A DNA stretch of 64,000 nt, taken from the NCBI GenBank assembly GCA_965204085.1, contig CBDBEE010000003.1, positions 387,240-451,239 of the forward strand, in the 5' to 3' direction. The position numbers and the translations under genes are program-made. Positions 39,701 to 48,500 of this stretch are shown piece by piece; positions within the stretch are counted from its first letter, which is position 1, and the number at the start of each line of letters is the position of its first letter. This stretch comes from Candidatus Poribacteria bacterium. GTDB lineage: Bacteria; Poribacteria; WGA-4E; JAJDTR01. The notes below the pieces were generated by a model, which saw only the letters and a program-made list of their open reading frames with translations, made no database searches and was not told the DNA's origin.

Positions 39701-42700
39701 GCAGCAACCGCTTGCCGATCTGCCCGTATGCCATGCCAATCTTTATACGTGTATCCGGTTCGGAATAGACAAGCGCGATCGGCTCGGTGGCGGACACGCC
39801 CTGCTGCTGCCACGGTTTGGACATCCCGTATTTTTCCGGCGGGCTATCGCTTAAACCGTCAAACACTTGCAACTCGCGCAGCGTGCGCAGGTACCGCTGA
39901 TCGACGAGGTCGTAAATGGTAGTGGACACACACGGGAAAACGATGACGCGGCAGCCTCGTCGCCGGTTTTGGATCCGAAGTTTATTGGATGTGAGTTTGG
40001 CGCCGAAGTTGCCCAAATCCGGGGCATACACGATGTCGCCGGAGTCGGAGTCAAGGAGGTAGGCATCAACCTCTTGCAACCCGCCAATGCGGTGAGTTGC
40101 TCGTCCCTCCATCGCCAGACCCGGCACATCAAACTGAGCTTTGTTGTTGCCCATGGCGATGAGGTCGCCGCGAACACCCATCATGGTCTTGTGCTTGCGT
40201 CGTATAGCGACGATAGGATAGGGCACCGGCGTGTTAGGTAGCGCGCTCTCCCGGGCGTCGTATTCGACGACATCGCCGAACAAATTGCAGTAGAAGTTAC
40301 TCACCTTGGCGCCGGTGGGCATTTTCGGATCGAGCATGGCTTGGATGAGGATGCCGGTCAGCGATTTTACCTGCCTGTGAAGATTGCCGTCATACGTGAG
40401 ATCCATTCTGTCAATCGTGTCCAACGGTGTGTCAGTCAGCAGCCGCCCGTCTTCGATCGTGGCGAACGTAACGCCGGTCTTACCTATCAACGTGGCAACC
40501 TCGCTGTCAAAAGCAATCTTTCCCGGGATGTAGGTTCGCCACGTTTTGGCGCCGGTGGCACCGATAGCGTTGACGAAGTTCGTTTCGCCTCCCAGCCCGA
40601 CGATGTCGATTAACGTTTGGATATCTTCAATCTCGTCCGGGCTTAGTTGAGAAGGATCCTCATGACGCAGGGCAAGCATCATCGGCAGCCGATTGAGGAG
40701 TCGAATCGTGTTCTTGCGGGTTCGCTGCGCCTCGCGTAGGTCGTCTTGGATAAACCGTTCCACTTCGTTGCGGATGTATTCCATGTCTTTCAGCATCTCT
40801 TCCGAGGGCTCGCCGCGCGTCTGCATCTGCTCAAACTGCATCTTCATCAGGCGGGAGACATCGGTCAGCGCAACCAACGATTCGTAGTGGTCGGAAATCA
40901 GGGTCTCCAGAGACTTTCCTTCAATTTCTTTCTTCGTCTCTATCTCGAAAGCGGCTTCCCATTGGCTGTTCATGACCGCCTGACGAATTTGGTCATCGGT
41001 AAAACTCCAGAGCTTGCCGATGCGCACGCCGAAGTCGACGTCGTTGGCGTACTGCATGAGCTTGTTGCCAATGGGGGCAAACTCTCGCCGCAGCACAAAC
41101 TCGGGTTGCTGGTCGTAGAACCAGCCCTTGTTGAACACGGCGAATTTGTCGCTCTGCGTGGAGAGGTCAACCGAGATAAATAGGGAGGTGTAGTAGCGGT
41201 TGAAAAGGTCTTGAAGGGAGATGGCTTGCTCAACGGCGGCGATATTACGGTCATATTCCGATTTGCTGAATCGGGCGAGAATTGCAACGCGGGATTGGAT
41301 GTTGCGAATACGCGAGTTTCGGAGAGTAAGCATGTTGTCGCGGAGAAGGATTTTTATGTCGTCCGGAAAGTCGCGGTCAAAGTTGTCCAGTCCGTTCCTC
41401 AAGTTCTGAAGCTCGACAATATCCTCGCGCGCTTTCTGTTTGACAAACCGGAGCAGCCTGCGTTCTTCAAGGTGGGCAGCTATCTGTTCGCGCGCTTCGA
41501 TTGCGGCTTCCGCTTCGTCATTCTCAAGGTAGTGACGCAACACGAGTATCTCTTCTTCAAAGTACGGACGATTCAGCGAAGCGTGCCAATCATCCTCCAG
41601 CAGGGATTCCAGCCGCTTGCGCTCAAGCCGCGCGTTCCGCATGGCAATCTCAAAGATTCCCTGCTTGTCCTTCGTCAACTCCTCAATAAGGACGGCATGG
41701 GATTCCTTTATCACCCCGCCGCCGGCTGTTTCGTGAACATTCGCCACCTTCTGGCGCAGTTGCGTCTGGATCCCCTTCAACCGACTCATTATGGCTCTAC
41801 TCAGAAAAGGTGCGAATATCCCGTCGACATCATCAGGCATGTAGTCGCGTTGGGTGCGCAACCGGCTTATGCTCGTCTTGATGGGTGACTCAAAATCCGC
41901 ATCCGAAGAAATTCTTTGAAGCGCGTTCTCAAGCTGAAGTTTTTCTTGAGCAATATAGTCGTCCAAACTCCTGTTCGCCTGCCTGGCGCGATCCACAACC
42001 TTGCGCGCGTCCTTCATCGCCTTCAGACCGTGGAAATCCAAGTGTCGATCTAGCACGCGCTCTTGGGCGTATTGGAGCGCAAATTTACGAGAATCGGAAA
42101 ACTCCCAATCCGCCAAATAGTCGGACAGTAGTTTCAAATCCGAGGCTACAGATGTTCCAATGAGATTAGACGGAATTGGGAGATGATAGGCGTCATCTTC
42201 ACCTTTTTCCGGAATGAGGTATGAATCACCCGGCTGCCGTCCGTAGCTTCCACCGACGCGCCCGGCATTCAAATCGGCTTCCAACTGTTCCAACACCCAC
42301 GCGTCCAACCGTGCCATGGGTAGCGCAACGTTTTCAATTAGTTCCAATTGCGCTTCTCGGCACGCCGTCAACGCCATGATCTGGAGGTCATGCATGCGGT
42401 CAACGACCATGCGCAAGAATTGGGTTGTCTGCAGCGCATCTTTCTTGAATTTTGCGAGATTGGTCTCAAGCGTGGATTTTTCCTCCAGCGTATAGCCCTG
42501 CTTCTCGCGTTTTTTCACGACGCGGCGGCGTCTTTTCTGCTTCTCTTTGAAATCTCGTTGTTTGTTGCGCAGCGAGTTGATTCGGTTGTACGTTTTCCCG
42601 ACATCGGATACAGTGGATTTCAGTGACAGAATGGCATCGTCAAGCTGGTGGATTTCGTAGAAGAATTCGGGAGGCAGATCGACGAGCACACTACGGTCAA

Positions 42701-44468
42701 TCGAGAGCAGCAGTTTACGACTCAATTCCTTGAACGGACGGAGATCCAGTCCCAGCCCTTTTGCCATCCCTCCCATGGTTGGAATCCCGGGCGCTTCGCC
42801 CGAGTTGATGTTGAAGTCCGCCCTCGCGATTATATCTTGTCCAATTCCGAACATAAAGAATCGCATACCGGCAAGCCCCTGGAAGTGCCCGTCCGTCGCG
42901 ACAAAAAGCATGGAGCGTCCGGGACGGTATTCCTCTTTGCTGAGGATTCGCGCCACCTCCAAAAGCGCCGCGATTCCGCTTGTAGGATCGGCGCCGGGGG
43001 CAAGTGACGGGACGACCGACATGGAGTCGTAGTAGGCGGTAACGACAACCATCTCGTCTTTCAGAATCGGGTCGCTGCCTTCAAGGAATCCGCGGATGTT
43101 TTGGCCAATTCGGCGTTCCCACGTCATGGTAGAATTCAACCGAACCATTAACGGCTCTGATTTGGAATTCCGATCTGCGTTTCCTGCCTCGGATTCGCCT
43201 AGAAGATTAAGTAACAGATCCGCATCCGTCCTTGAAATCCAGAATCGAGGGATGTTCGCAGGCACCGTCAAGAATTTGTTTTCGGCTTCACCGCGAATAG
43301 TGGTTTCGGGTTCAATAAACACCACAGCTTTCGCGCCAAGCATGGCAGCATTTATCCATTGCGTGCTGGAATTGAAATCTACCAGCAGAACGCTTCCGCG
43401 CGGAATGAAGAGACTGGACTCCGATGCGGCAATAAACTCACCGTCCTCATCAATTAGACCGTCGTTGTTGTTGTCAACGCCATCGTAGGCATTGCCGGGC
43501 GTTTCGTCAACATACCCGTCAGCATCGTTATCAATACCGTCACTGTCCCAATAGACGATGTCGGCAAGCAACGGGATTTCGCCGTATTCGTCAATTTCGC
43601 CGTCTTCGTTGTTGTCAATGCCGTCTTCGGTTTTCTGTAGGTGGCTATTGAGCACATCGTCGGTGATACTCCCCACGGTAACACGATGCCTGTGAGCGAT
43701 GTCTTCAAGCGTATCGCCCCTCTGAACGGCGTACCAGAATCCGCCGATATCTTTGCCGTTGAAGTCCTCCAGATTGGCGTCACCCCCGTAAAAGAGTGGG
43801 GCGCGAAGACCACCGGTGGGAACGAATACCGTGCTGCTCGTCGTTAACGCCACCTCGCCGGGTTCGTCGATTTCGCCATCCCTGTCGTTATCCTGTCCAT
43901 CAGCGGCTTGATTTTGCAGATATTGATTATGGGAATCCTCAAGAATGGATCGAGGCTCTACCTGATATGACTTGGCAATGGATTCGACGGTTTCGCCATC
44001 TTGCACGAGGTGCTTGATCCCGGTGGGCAGCAGTGAGGTACGAATGAGGTTGGGCCACACGGGCCATATCTTTATGGTTCTGAGCACCTCATCGTTTGAG
44101 GAAAGCACCTCCAGTCTTCCGTCGCCGTGGTCAACGGGAACGGCGATCCGAAATTCGCGGCTCTCGACGTTCTGTAAGCCGGTCTCGACGAACCGATCGA
44201 AGACGTACTTACTTGCGGCAGTCGCTTCGGGATAGCCTGTGACCCGACTCTCCAGACTGGAGAGCCGCGCGATATCCTTTCGCATTCTACCGACATCAAC
44301 CTCATCCCGAATCTTGACCGCGATTTCAGAGAGACCGACGGTTGTATCCCTTTCCGCAGTCAGAGGCGTGGATGTCATGATCAGTGCGATGAGACAAACC
44401 CATAGAATATGGAGACTCCTATTCTTGATTGCAATTCGACATTTATCTTTGTTTTTGAGATTGTTCAT
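36792..44468 (-). CDS. giant (2558 aa) membrane protein: N-terminal signal anchor, LysM-like repeats with Asp-rich Ca-binding-like repeats, an M28-peptidase-like domain, about 1000 aa of coiled coil, and FtsX/MacB-type permease modules at the C-terminus
   Basis: One uninterrupted ORF starting at ATG 44468. The tandem segments VQDGETVESIAKSY…/VQRGDTLEDIAHRH… are each followed by D-x-D-x-DG-x-ID-E repeats. VVVTAYYDSMSVVPSLAPGADPTSGIAALLEVARIL resembles the M28 signature HxDS…APGAxDxxSG. The C-terminal block (RKRKGRTILTCATLVILTFTVISF, a ~500-aa periplasmic insert, then GAVYERIREISIYSSVGLAPVHIAFLFLAEACVYAIVGAVLGYLLG) is a clear FtsX-like permease domain. No Walker A motif occurs anywhere in the protein. 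Confidence 0.8.
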   Translation of the reverse strand: MNNLKNKDKCRIAIKNRSLHILWVCLIALIMTSTPLTAERDTTVGLSEIAVKIRDEVDVGRMRKDIARLSSLESRVTGYPEATAASKYVFDRFVETGLQNVESREFRIAVPVDHGDGRLEVLSSNDEVLRTIKIWPVWPNLIRTSLLPTGIKHLVQDGETVESIAKSYQVEPRSILEDSHNQYLQNQAADGQDNDRDGEIDEPGEVALTTSSTVFVPTGGLRAPLFYGGDANLEDFNGKDIGGFWYAVQRGDTLEDIAHRHRVTVGSITDDVLNSHLQKTEDGIDNNEDGEIDEYGEIPLLADIVYWDSDGIDNDADGYVDETPGNAYDGVDNNNDGLIDEDGEFIAASESSLFIPRGSVLLVDFNSSTQWINAAMLGAKAVVFIEPETTIRGEAENKFLTVPANIPRFWISRTDADLLLNLLGESEAGNADRNSKSEPLMVRLNSTMTWERRIGQNIRGFLEGSDPILKDEMVVVTAYYDSMSVVPSLAPGADPTSGIAALLEVARILSKEEYRPGRSMLFVATDGHFQGLAGMRFFMFGIGQDIIARADFNINSGEAPGIPTMGGMAKGLGLDLRPFKELSRKLLLSIDRSVLVDLPPEFFYEIHQLDDAILSLKSTVSDVGKTYNRINSLRNKQRDFKEKQKRRRRVVKKREKQGYTLEEKSTLETNLAKFKKDALQTTQFLRMVVDRMHDLQIMALTACREAQLELIENVALPMARLDAWVLEQLEADLNAGRVGGSYGRQPGDSYLIPEKGEDDAYHLPIPSNLIGTSVASDLKLLSDYLADWEFSDSRKFALQYAQERVLDRHLDFHGLKAMKDARKVVDRARQANRSLDDYIAQEKLQLENALQRISSDADFESPIKTSISRLRTQRDYMPDDVDGIFAPFLSRAIMSRLKGIQTQLRQKVANVHETAGGGVIKESHAVLIEELTKDKQGIFEIAMRNARLERKRLESLLEDDWHASLNRPYFEEEILVLRHYLENDEAEAAIEAREQIAAHLEERRLLRFVKQKAREDIVELQNLRNGLDNFDRDFPDDIKILLRDNMLTLRNSRIRNIQSRVAILARFSKSEYDRNIAAVEQAISLQDLFNRYYTSLFISVDLSTQSDKFAVFNKGWFYDQQPEFVLRREFAPIGNKLMQYANDVDFGVRIGKLWSFTDDQIRQAVMNSQWEAAFEIETKKEIEGKSLETLISDHYESLVALTDVSRLMKMQFEQMQTRGEPSEEMLKDMEYIRNEVERFIQDDLREAQRTRKNTIRLLNRLPMMLALRHEDPSQLSPDEIEDIQTLIDIVGLGGETNFVNAIGATGAKTWRTYIPGKIAFDSEVATLIGKTGVTFATIEDGRLLTDTPLDTIDRMDLTYDGNLHRQVKSLTGILIQAMLDPKMPTGAKVSNFYCNLFGDVVEYDARESALPNTPVPYPIVAIRRKHKTMMGVRGDLIAMGNNKAQFDVPGLAMEGRATHRIGGLQEVDAYLLDSDSGDIVYAPDLGNFGAKLTSNKLRIQNRRRGCRVIVFPCVSTTIYDLVDQRYLRTLRELQVFDGLSDSPPEKYGMSKPWQQQGVSATEPIALVYSEPDTRIKIGMAYGQIGKRLLLIKAGKSGAKNPALYTGSGFVVRENGSIRVTPYVVVRDMWWLDENRTSLYKRFGISSDRLDQLHFYAHEHLDQAETALAKKEYSTAMKLARAAWGYESRAYPDVKKTGNDVVNGVMFYLALLLPFSYFMERLIFASPDVHKRIGGAAGIFILVFFFLAQVHPAFQITTTPVIILIAFVVLVLTVFVIAIILRKFEEQLEKIRQESSKVYKADVGRLAASAAAFSLGVSNMRKRKGRTILTCATLVILTFTVISFTSVRTFMHPNKTNLPAVTPRYTGMLIRDQYWRPLEAPVISSIMNDLRKTQLPEPDFRMMLKRRGTPSEEIEDTIAQLSEAGTLASVSAEPTFLFSMDSELQDEFAKGEISASLNHEFDRRGFLLAPQTSIQPVTDEERWEITGNRSTYTVRKDGDELKVYQPSSMLTVHNAVGPRAWYQSSGTGDQSFIELRRTSNVKDPVPPEDALTGQPYTFSANMLVGMSAAEPRITGINRYLYYGKWFDPADEEEWPTRWPYACVLPKGVADLLGIVEADMGKATVSVYGADFTVTGVLGIGFKDLTDNDGEELTPIDHQLMKQQSSRGAQGNQSSTSELQKYIHLTPDSVAILPYQVIINQGGTLRSVAVNMEPQPEDPPVPGAVDKLDLIMAPLMSRIALDFFVARDKNTYLYSSIGMTSFSGMGNLFIPILIASLIVLNTMLGAVYERIREISIYSSVGLAPVHIAFLFLAEACVYAIVGAVLGYLLGQVVATLLVNFGWLSGLTLNYSSMSTVVATIIVMIVVVGSTLYPAIKASRMAVPDLERKWKLPEPTGDEWHFNLPFTVLSEEALGLNIFMRDYFDAHADESASDFYTNQVAFARFMEESGDREQESYAVSMMVWLAPYDLGVSQAIRFVTSPVGGEEEELYQIKLDITRESGEIASWKRVNRRFLNLIRKQLLIWRTLSPDVRGEFHERGRQEDDESEETASPELAPQPAD

Positions 44469-44780
44469 AGTGTTTTATTTCGATTTTGATTCGCCTTTCG
44501 GGATATCCCGCAAACCTCTGTGTACGCATGATACAAAGCCTGCTCTTTTCAGGCACTTAACAATCTGCTACTCTTTGCAAGGAGGGAAATCGGTGGTTTG
44601 ATCCGCGAACGGTTATTTTATCATCTTCTTCCAATAGATGTCTCCCTAAATTGCCAACCTGTATTGTAGCGCGGCGTTTGCGATCATAAAGTCGCGGAGG
44701 TTCCATCTTACTTCTCACCCACCATTCAAGATGTTCTACCGCTTGGCGGAATTCTCACTTCCGTGGAAAGCATTGTTAGG

Positions 44781-45194
44781 TCAGAGTTGGTCTTCAACCC
44801 AGTCATCGTCATGGTCTGGATTATAAATCAACCCCTTCCTCATATCAAGACATAGGTCAAGTAGTTCCAGTATCATATGTCCAACAAGCACAGGGGCATT
44901 GTCAGGCAAGTCTGTCACCCGGATGGTCTCTTTCCGCTCCAAGAGTGTGAATTCAACCTCCGAATAGACGGTACGGTCAACCATCCCGTTTGCGGTCATC
45001 GCTCTAGCTGTTCCGACGGGAGTCAATCCGAGTTGAGCAATTAGCGATTTGGGCAGGGACAATCTCGTCGCACCGGTGTCTACGAGTGCGTCTTCGACGA
45101 TTAGGCGTCGCACCGCCTCAGGATCAATAACGCCTTCTTCCGCCAAAACTTGATCTCTTCGATTAGCGATTACAATTCTCGTCGTATGTTTCAT
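44781..45194 (-). CDS. retropepsin-like (clan AA) aspartic peptidase, 137 aa
   Basis: ATG at 45194 with an AGGAGA Shine-Dalgarno sequence. The catalytic motif VDTGATRLSLP (D-T/S-G-A) sits in a size and context typical of bacterial and archaeal retropepsin-like proteins (TIGR02281 / AF_0612-type). Confidence 0.7.
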   Translation of the reverse strand: MKHTTRIVIANRRDQVLAEEGVIDPEAVRRLIVEDALVDTGATRLSLPKSLIAQLGLTPVGTARAMTANGMVDRTVYSEVEFTLLERKETIRVTDLPDNAPVLVGHMILELLDLCLDMRKGLIYNPDHDDDWVEDQL

Positions 45195-45284
45195 TTGTCA
45201 TCTCCTGCCGATTATAGATTGTAGTGAGCAACCATGAGGATTTGCTGCGTTTTTCCGGATAAACCAAGATCCGCTAGCCAAATT

Positions 45285-45470
45285 TCACCGGGGTAAGGGT
45301 TCATCGATTAGATTCAGAACCTCCTGCTCTACGGAACGTGCTTGCATTATATCTAGGATACCTTGGTCCGCCAAGTCAATGATTTCTGCAATCTGTTTTC
45401 TGACCTCCGCCGCGGTATTTGGTTCCCATTCGCGTAATTTGGTGTCTAATTTTTCAACTATCGCGTCCAT
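45285..45470 (-). CDS. small acidic helical protein (61 aa) encoded just upstream of the retropepsin-like gene
   Basis: ATG at 45470 with a strong AGGAGGAAAA Shine-Dalgarno sequence. A 91-nt gap separates it from the next gene on the same strand. Confidence 0.45.
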   Translation of the reverse strand: MDAIVEKLDTKLREWEPNTAAEVRKQIAEIIDLADQGILDIMQARSVEQEVLNLIDEPLPR

Positions 45471-45543
45471 AATGTTTTCCTCCTACAATATCAAATCCTA
45501 CGGCTCTTGAAAAAACTTGGTTTCTCCAACCTACCTCCTGGTG

Positions 45544-48500
45544 CTATTTGACAACTACCATCCGGCGCATTTGCGAATAATCTCCCGCGCGGAATTGATA
45601 GAAATAAACACCGCTTGCTGCTGATTCTCCGTTCTCGTTACAACCGTCCCAATATGCGGCGCGTGCCCTATTCGTGTAAAATCCCGCCGGTTGGCGCCTC
45701 AAATCTAGCAGCCGAACCAATGCTCCTTTTGCGTCGTAAATCGAAATTTGGACATCGGAATCGCTAGCGAGGTGATACGGTATCCAAGTCTCCGGATTAA
45801 ACGGATTCGGGTAGTTGGGGTACAGCGCCGTCTCTTGTGGAATCAGCGAGGCTAACAGATTTTGAAGATTTGCAATGCCCTGCCGATAAGCAATCGAACC
45901 GTCGTCTTCAAGCCGCGCCTTGGCAATCCAGGCTTCTATTGTTGCAGCATCCACGTTTTCCGTCGCAATCGCAGGTGCGGCGGACTCGGTGGTATCTCCA
46001 ATTCTTTGTGCCGTGAAGGTGAGATCGAGGATGTTAACCACGCCGTCGCGGTTGACATCCGCCGGCGAGTTGGGAGACACGCTTTGCCCCAACTGCTGAG
46101 CAACGAGAATCAGATCGAGAATGCTGACAACCCCATCGCGGTTCACATCTCCGGTCGCCAATCGTCCCTTCACAGTGAAGCGGATTTCATGCGGTCCTGC
46201 AGCGATATTTTCCCCGATGCTAGATCCGAACTGGAAATTATCAAGCGCCAATACCGTTTCACCGCTGGTTTTCGCTTTGAGCTTCACCTGAAGCAGCGAG
46301 CCGGTGCCAGTGACTCCCCGGTTGCCCAGTAGTGCAGCACCGAGACCCGCGATCTTACCCGCAGCATTGTCAATGCTCCCAGTCCGAAAGAAGGTCGCTC
46401 CGCCATCCGACTCCAAGAAATCGCCTTCACTCACGTCAATCGCTTCGAATATGGCAGGGTCGAAGACAATGTCGAGCTGCCACCCCGCCAGATCGGAGAC
46501 ATTCTCCGCCCGGATATTGAAAGTAAAGGTATCGCCGTTGTGAATTGGCATCTTAGAAAAGGCATAGCTAACGCCAGTTACCACCGTATATTCGGTGCTC
46601 GGTTCAAACCCAAACAAGGCACCGGTTTCAGATCCGGGCGAGAAAACGGCGACTAATAACACATTCCTGCCTTGCTGCAGCGTGACCGGGAAAAAATCGT
46701 TGTACTCAAGTTCCATCGCTCTGTCACCCAACGCCTCGTAGACCAGTTCCCCGTTGAGCCAAACCTTTAGTCCTTCATCGTTGCCGACATACATGGTTGT
46801 TTTCTGTTCGCGCGGCGAATAGAGGGAGACAAACCCGTAAGTAACACCATGTTCACGTACAGCGCCCTTTAACATATTTCCGATATTGTGTCGATCCGTA
46901 GACGGGAGTTGGTCGAATCTCCACACGTTATCCCCGATAGGTTTTCCCACTGTCGCGCCATTGGTAGCAATTTTCTTCTCCGTCTCCTTGCCTTCAGTGG
47001 CTTCCGAGAGTAAATCAATGTCACGCTCCAGTCTTACGTCCGGCAACACGACCCATAACCAGGGACCCTCTATTTTCGTACCCCCTTTCGGGAACCCCGG
47101 ATTGATGTGCCAAACGAGTTTTGTATTCTTGAGAAGGCCGCCCAAAGGCGAAAAGTCGGAGATTTCGTTCTGGTTTACCGCCAGCCATTTCAGGTTGGTT
47201 AAGCCTGCAAGCGGCGATATATCGGATATGTCGTTGTGTTCAAGACTCAGACGATTTAGCCCGGTCAACCCCGCAAGAGGTGATATGTCCGAGATCCCGT
47301 TCCCTCTAAGATACAACTCTTTTAGGCTGGTCAGACTCGCCAAAGGCGAAAGGTCTGATAGCTTTGCGCCGCAAATGTCTAACCTATCCAGTTTTGGTAA
47401 CCCCGTTAGAGGTGATAAATCGGAGAAAGGGTTGCCCCACGTGTGGATGAATGTCAGGTTGCTTAGTCCTGCAAGCCCCGATATGTCGGATATGGTATCA
47501 TTGGAAAAAGCTAAGAACTCCAAACTAATTAGTCCGGCAACCGGCGATAGGTCGGATACGTTAGTATCGGCAATAACTAATTCTTTCAAATTGGTTAACC
47601 CTTCAAGGGTCGACAGGTCGGATATGTTGGTACCGGCAATATCCAAACGCCTCAGATTGATTGATCCCGCAAGCGGCGACAGGTCGGATAAATCGCCGTG
47701 AACCTCCACAAAATCCAGGTTCGTTAAGCCTGTCAAGGGTGATAAATCGGATACCCGGCTGTTATCAAGTTCTAAACGGGTAAGGCTTGTTGCAAATTGC
47801 AATCCTGTCAAATCGTAGACACGTCTATCATGCGAAAGTAGCCGTCTCACCCTCGCCAGTTCCTCCACGGTAATTGGGGCATTGGAGCTTTTGCCAAGTT
47901 CCTCCGCAATCATTGTGCGCAGAATCGGATCCGGGACATGGACATGTCTACCCGGTACTACATCGGGCTGTGTTTCAACAGAAGGCTCTTCTACGAGCTG
48001 CGGGTAATCCAGCGCAGAAATTACGTCTCGGAAACTTGATGTCCAAGTGTCGCGTTTCACACTCCCGTTCTCATTATCTAACGCCAGCAATCCTACGTTC
48101 TGAAGTCCCGTATTTTCACGAATCTTTTTGAGGAAGGTTTCGGTTTCTAACCCAACCACCGCAGCTGCGTATGCTGCGTCCACCGGTCCCTGAAACGCCT
48201 CATGGAAACGTGAAACCGGTTCAACTCCGCCAAACACACCGCCGGTGGCTGCAAGCGCTTTTCTATAGCGTTCCATGTCATCGCCCACAAGAGCGTCCAT
48301 CTCGGATTTCTCAACGTAGAGTCGCAGCGCCTGCGCTTTGTTGTAGGGTGGATTGGGATTGCTCTCAATCACGGAACGCACCTCGTCTTCAAAGGTTTTC
48401 ATGCCTTCCGTGTGGCAGCCGATACAGGAGATTCCGTTGCGCACCGTCGGGTCGCTGGCAGCAGGGTTGGAAACGATGTTAATCGGGGCATCATTCAATC

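Noticed and set aside
37591-43488. Numerous 60-225-aa ORFs on both strands inside the 2558-aa gene
   Set aside because: All are embedded in the single uninterrupted 7.7-kb ORF, whose product has coherent domain content. They are typical shadow ORFs.
46886-47701. 271-aa plus-strand ORF antisense to the LRR region of the 1377-aa gene
   Set aside because: The periodic LRR-coding sequence produces a long stop-free antisense frame. Its repetitive 'Ser-Asp-Met/Leu' content mirrors the LRR period rather than an independent gene.
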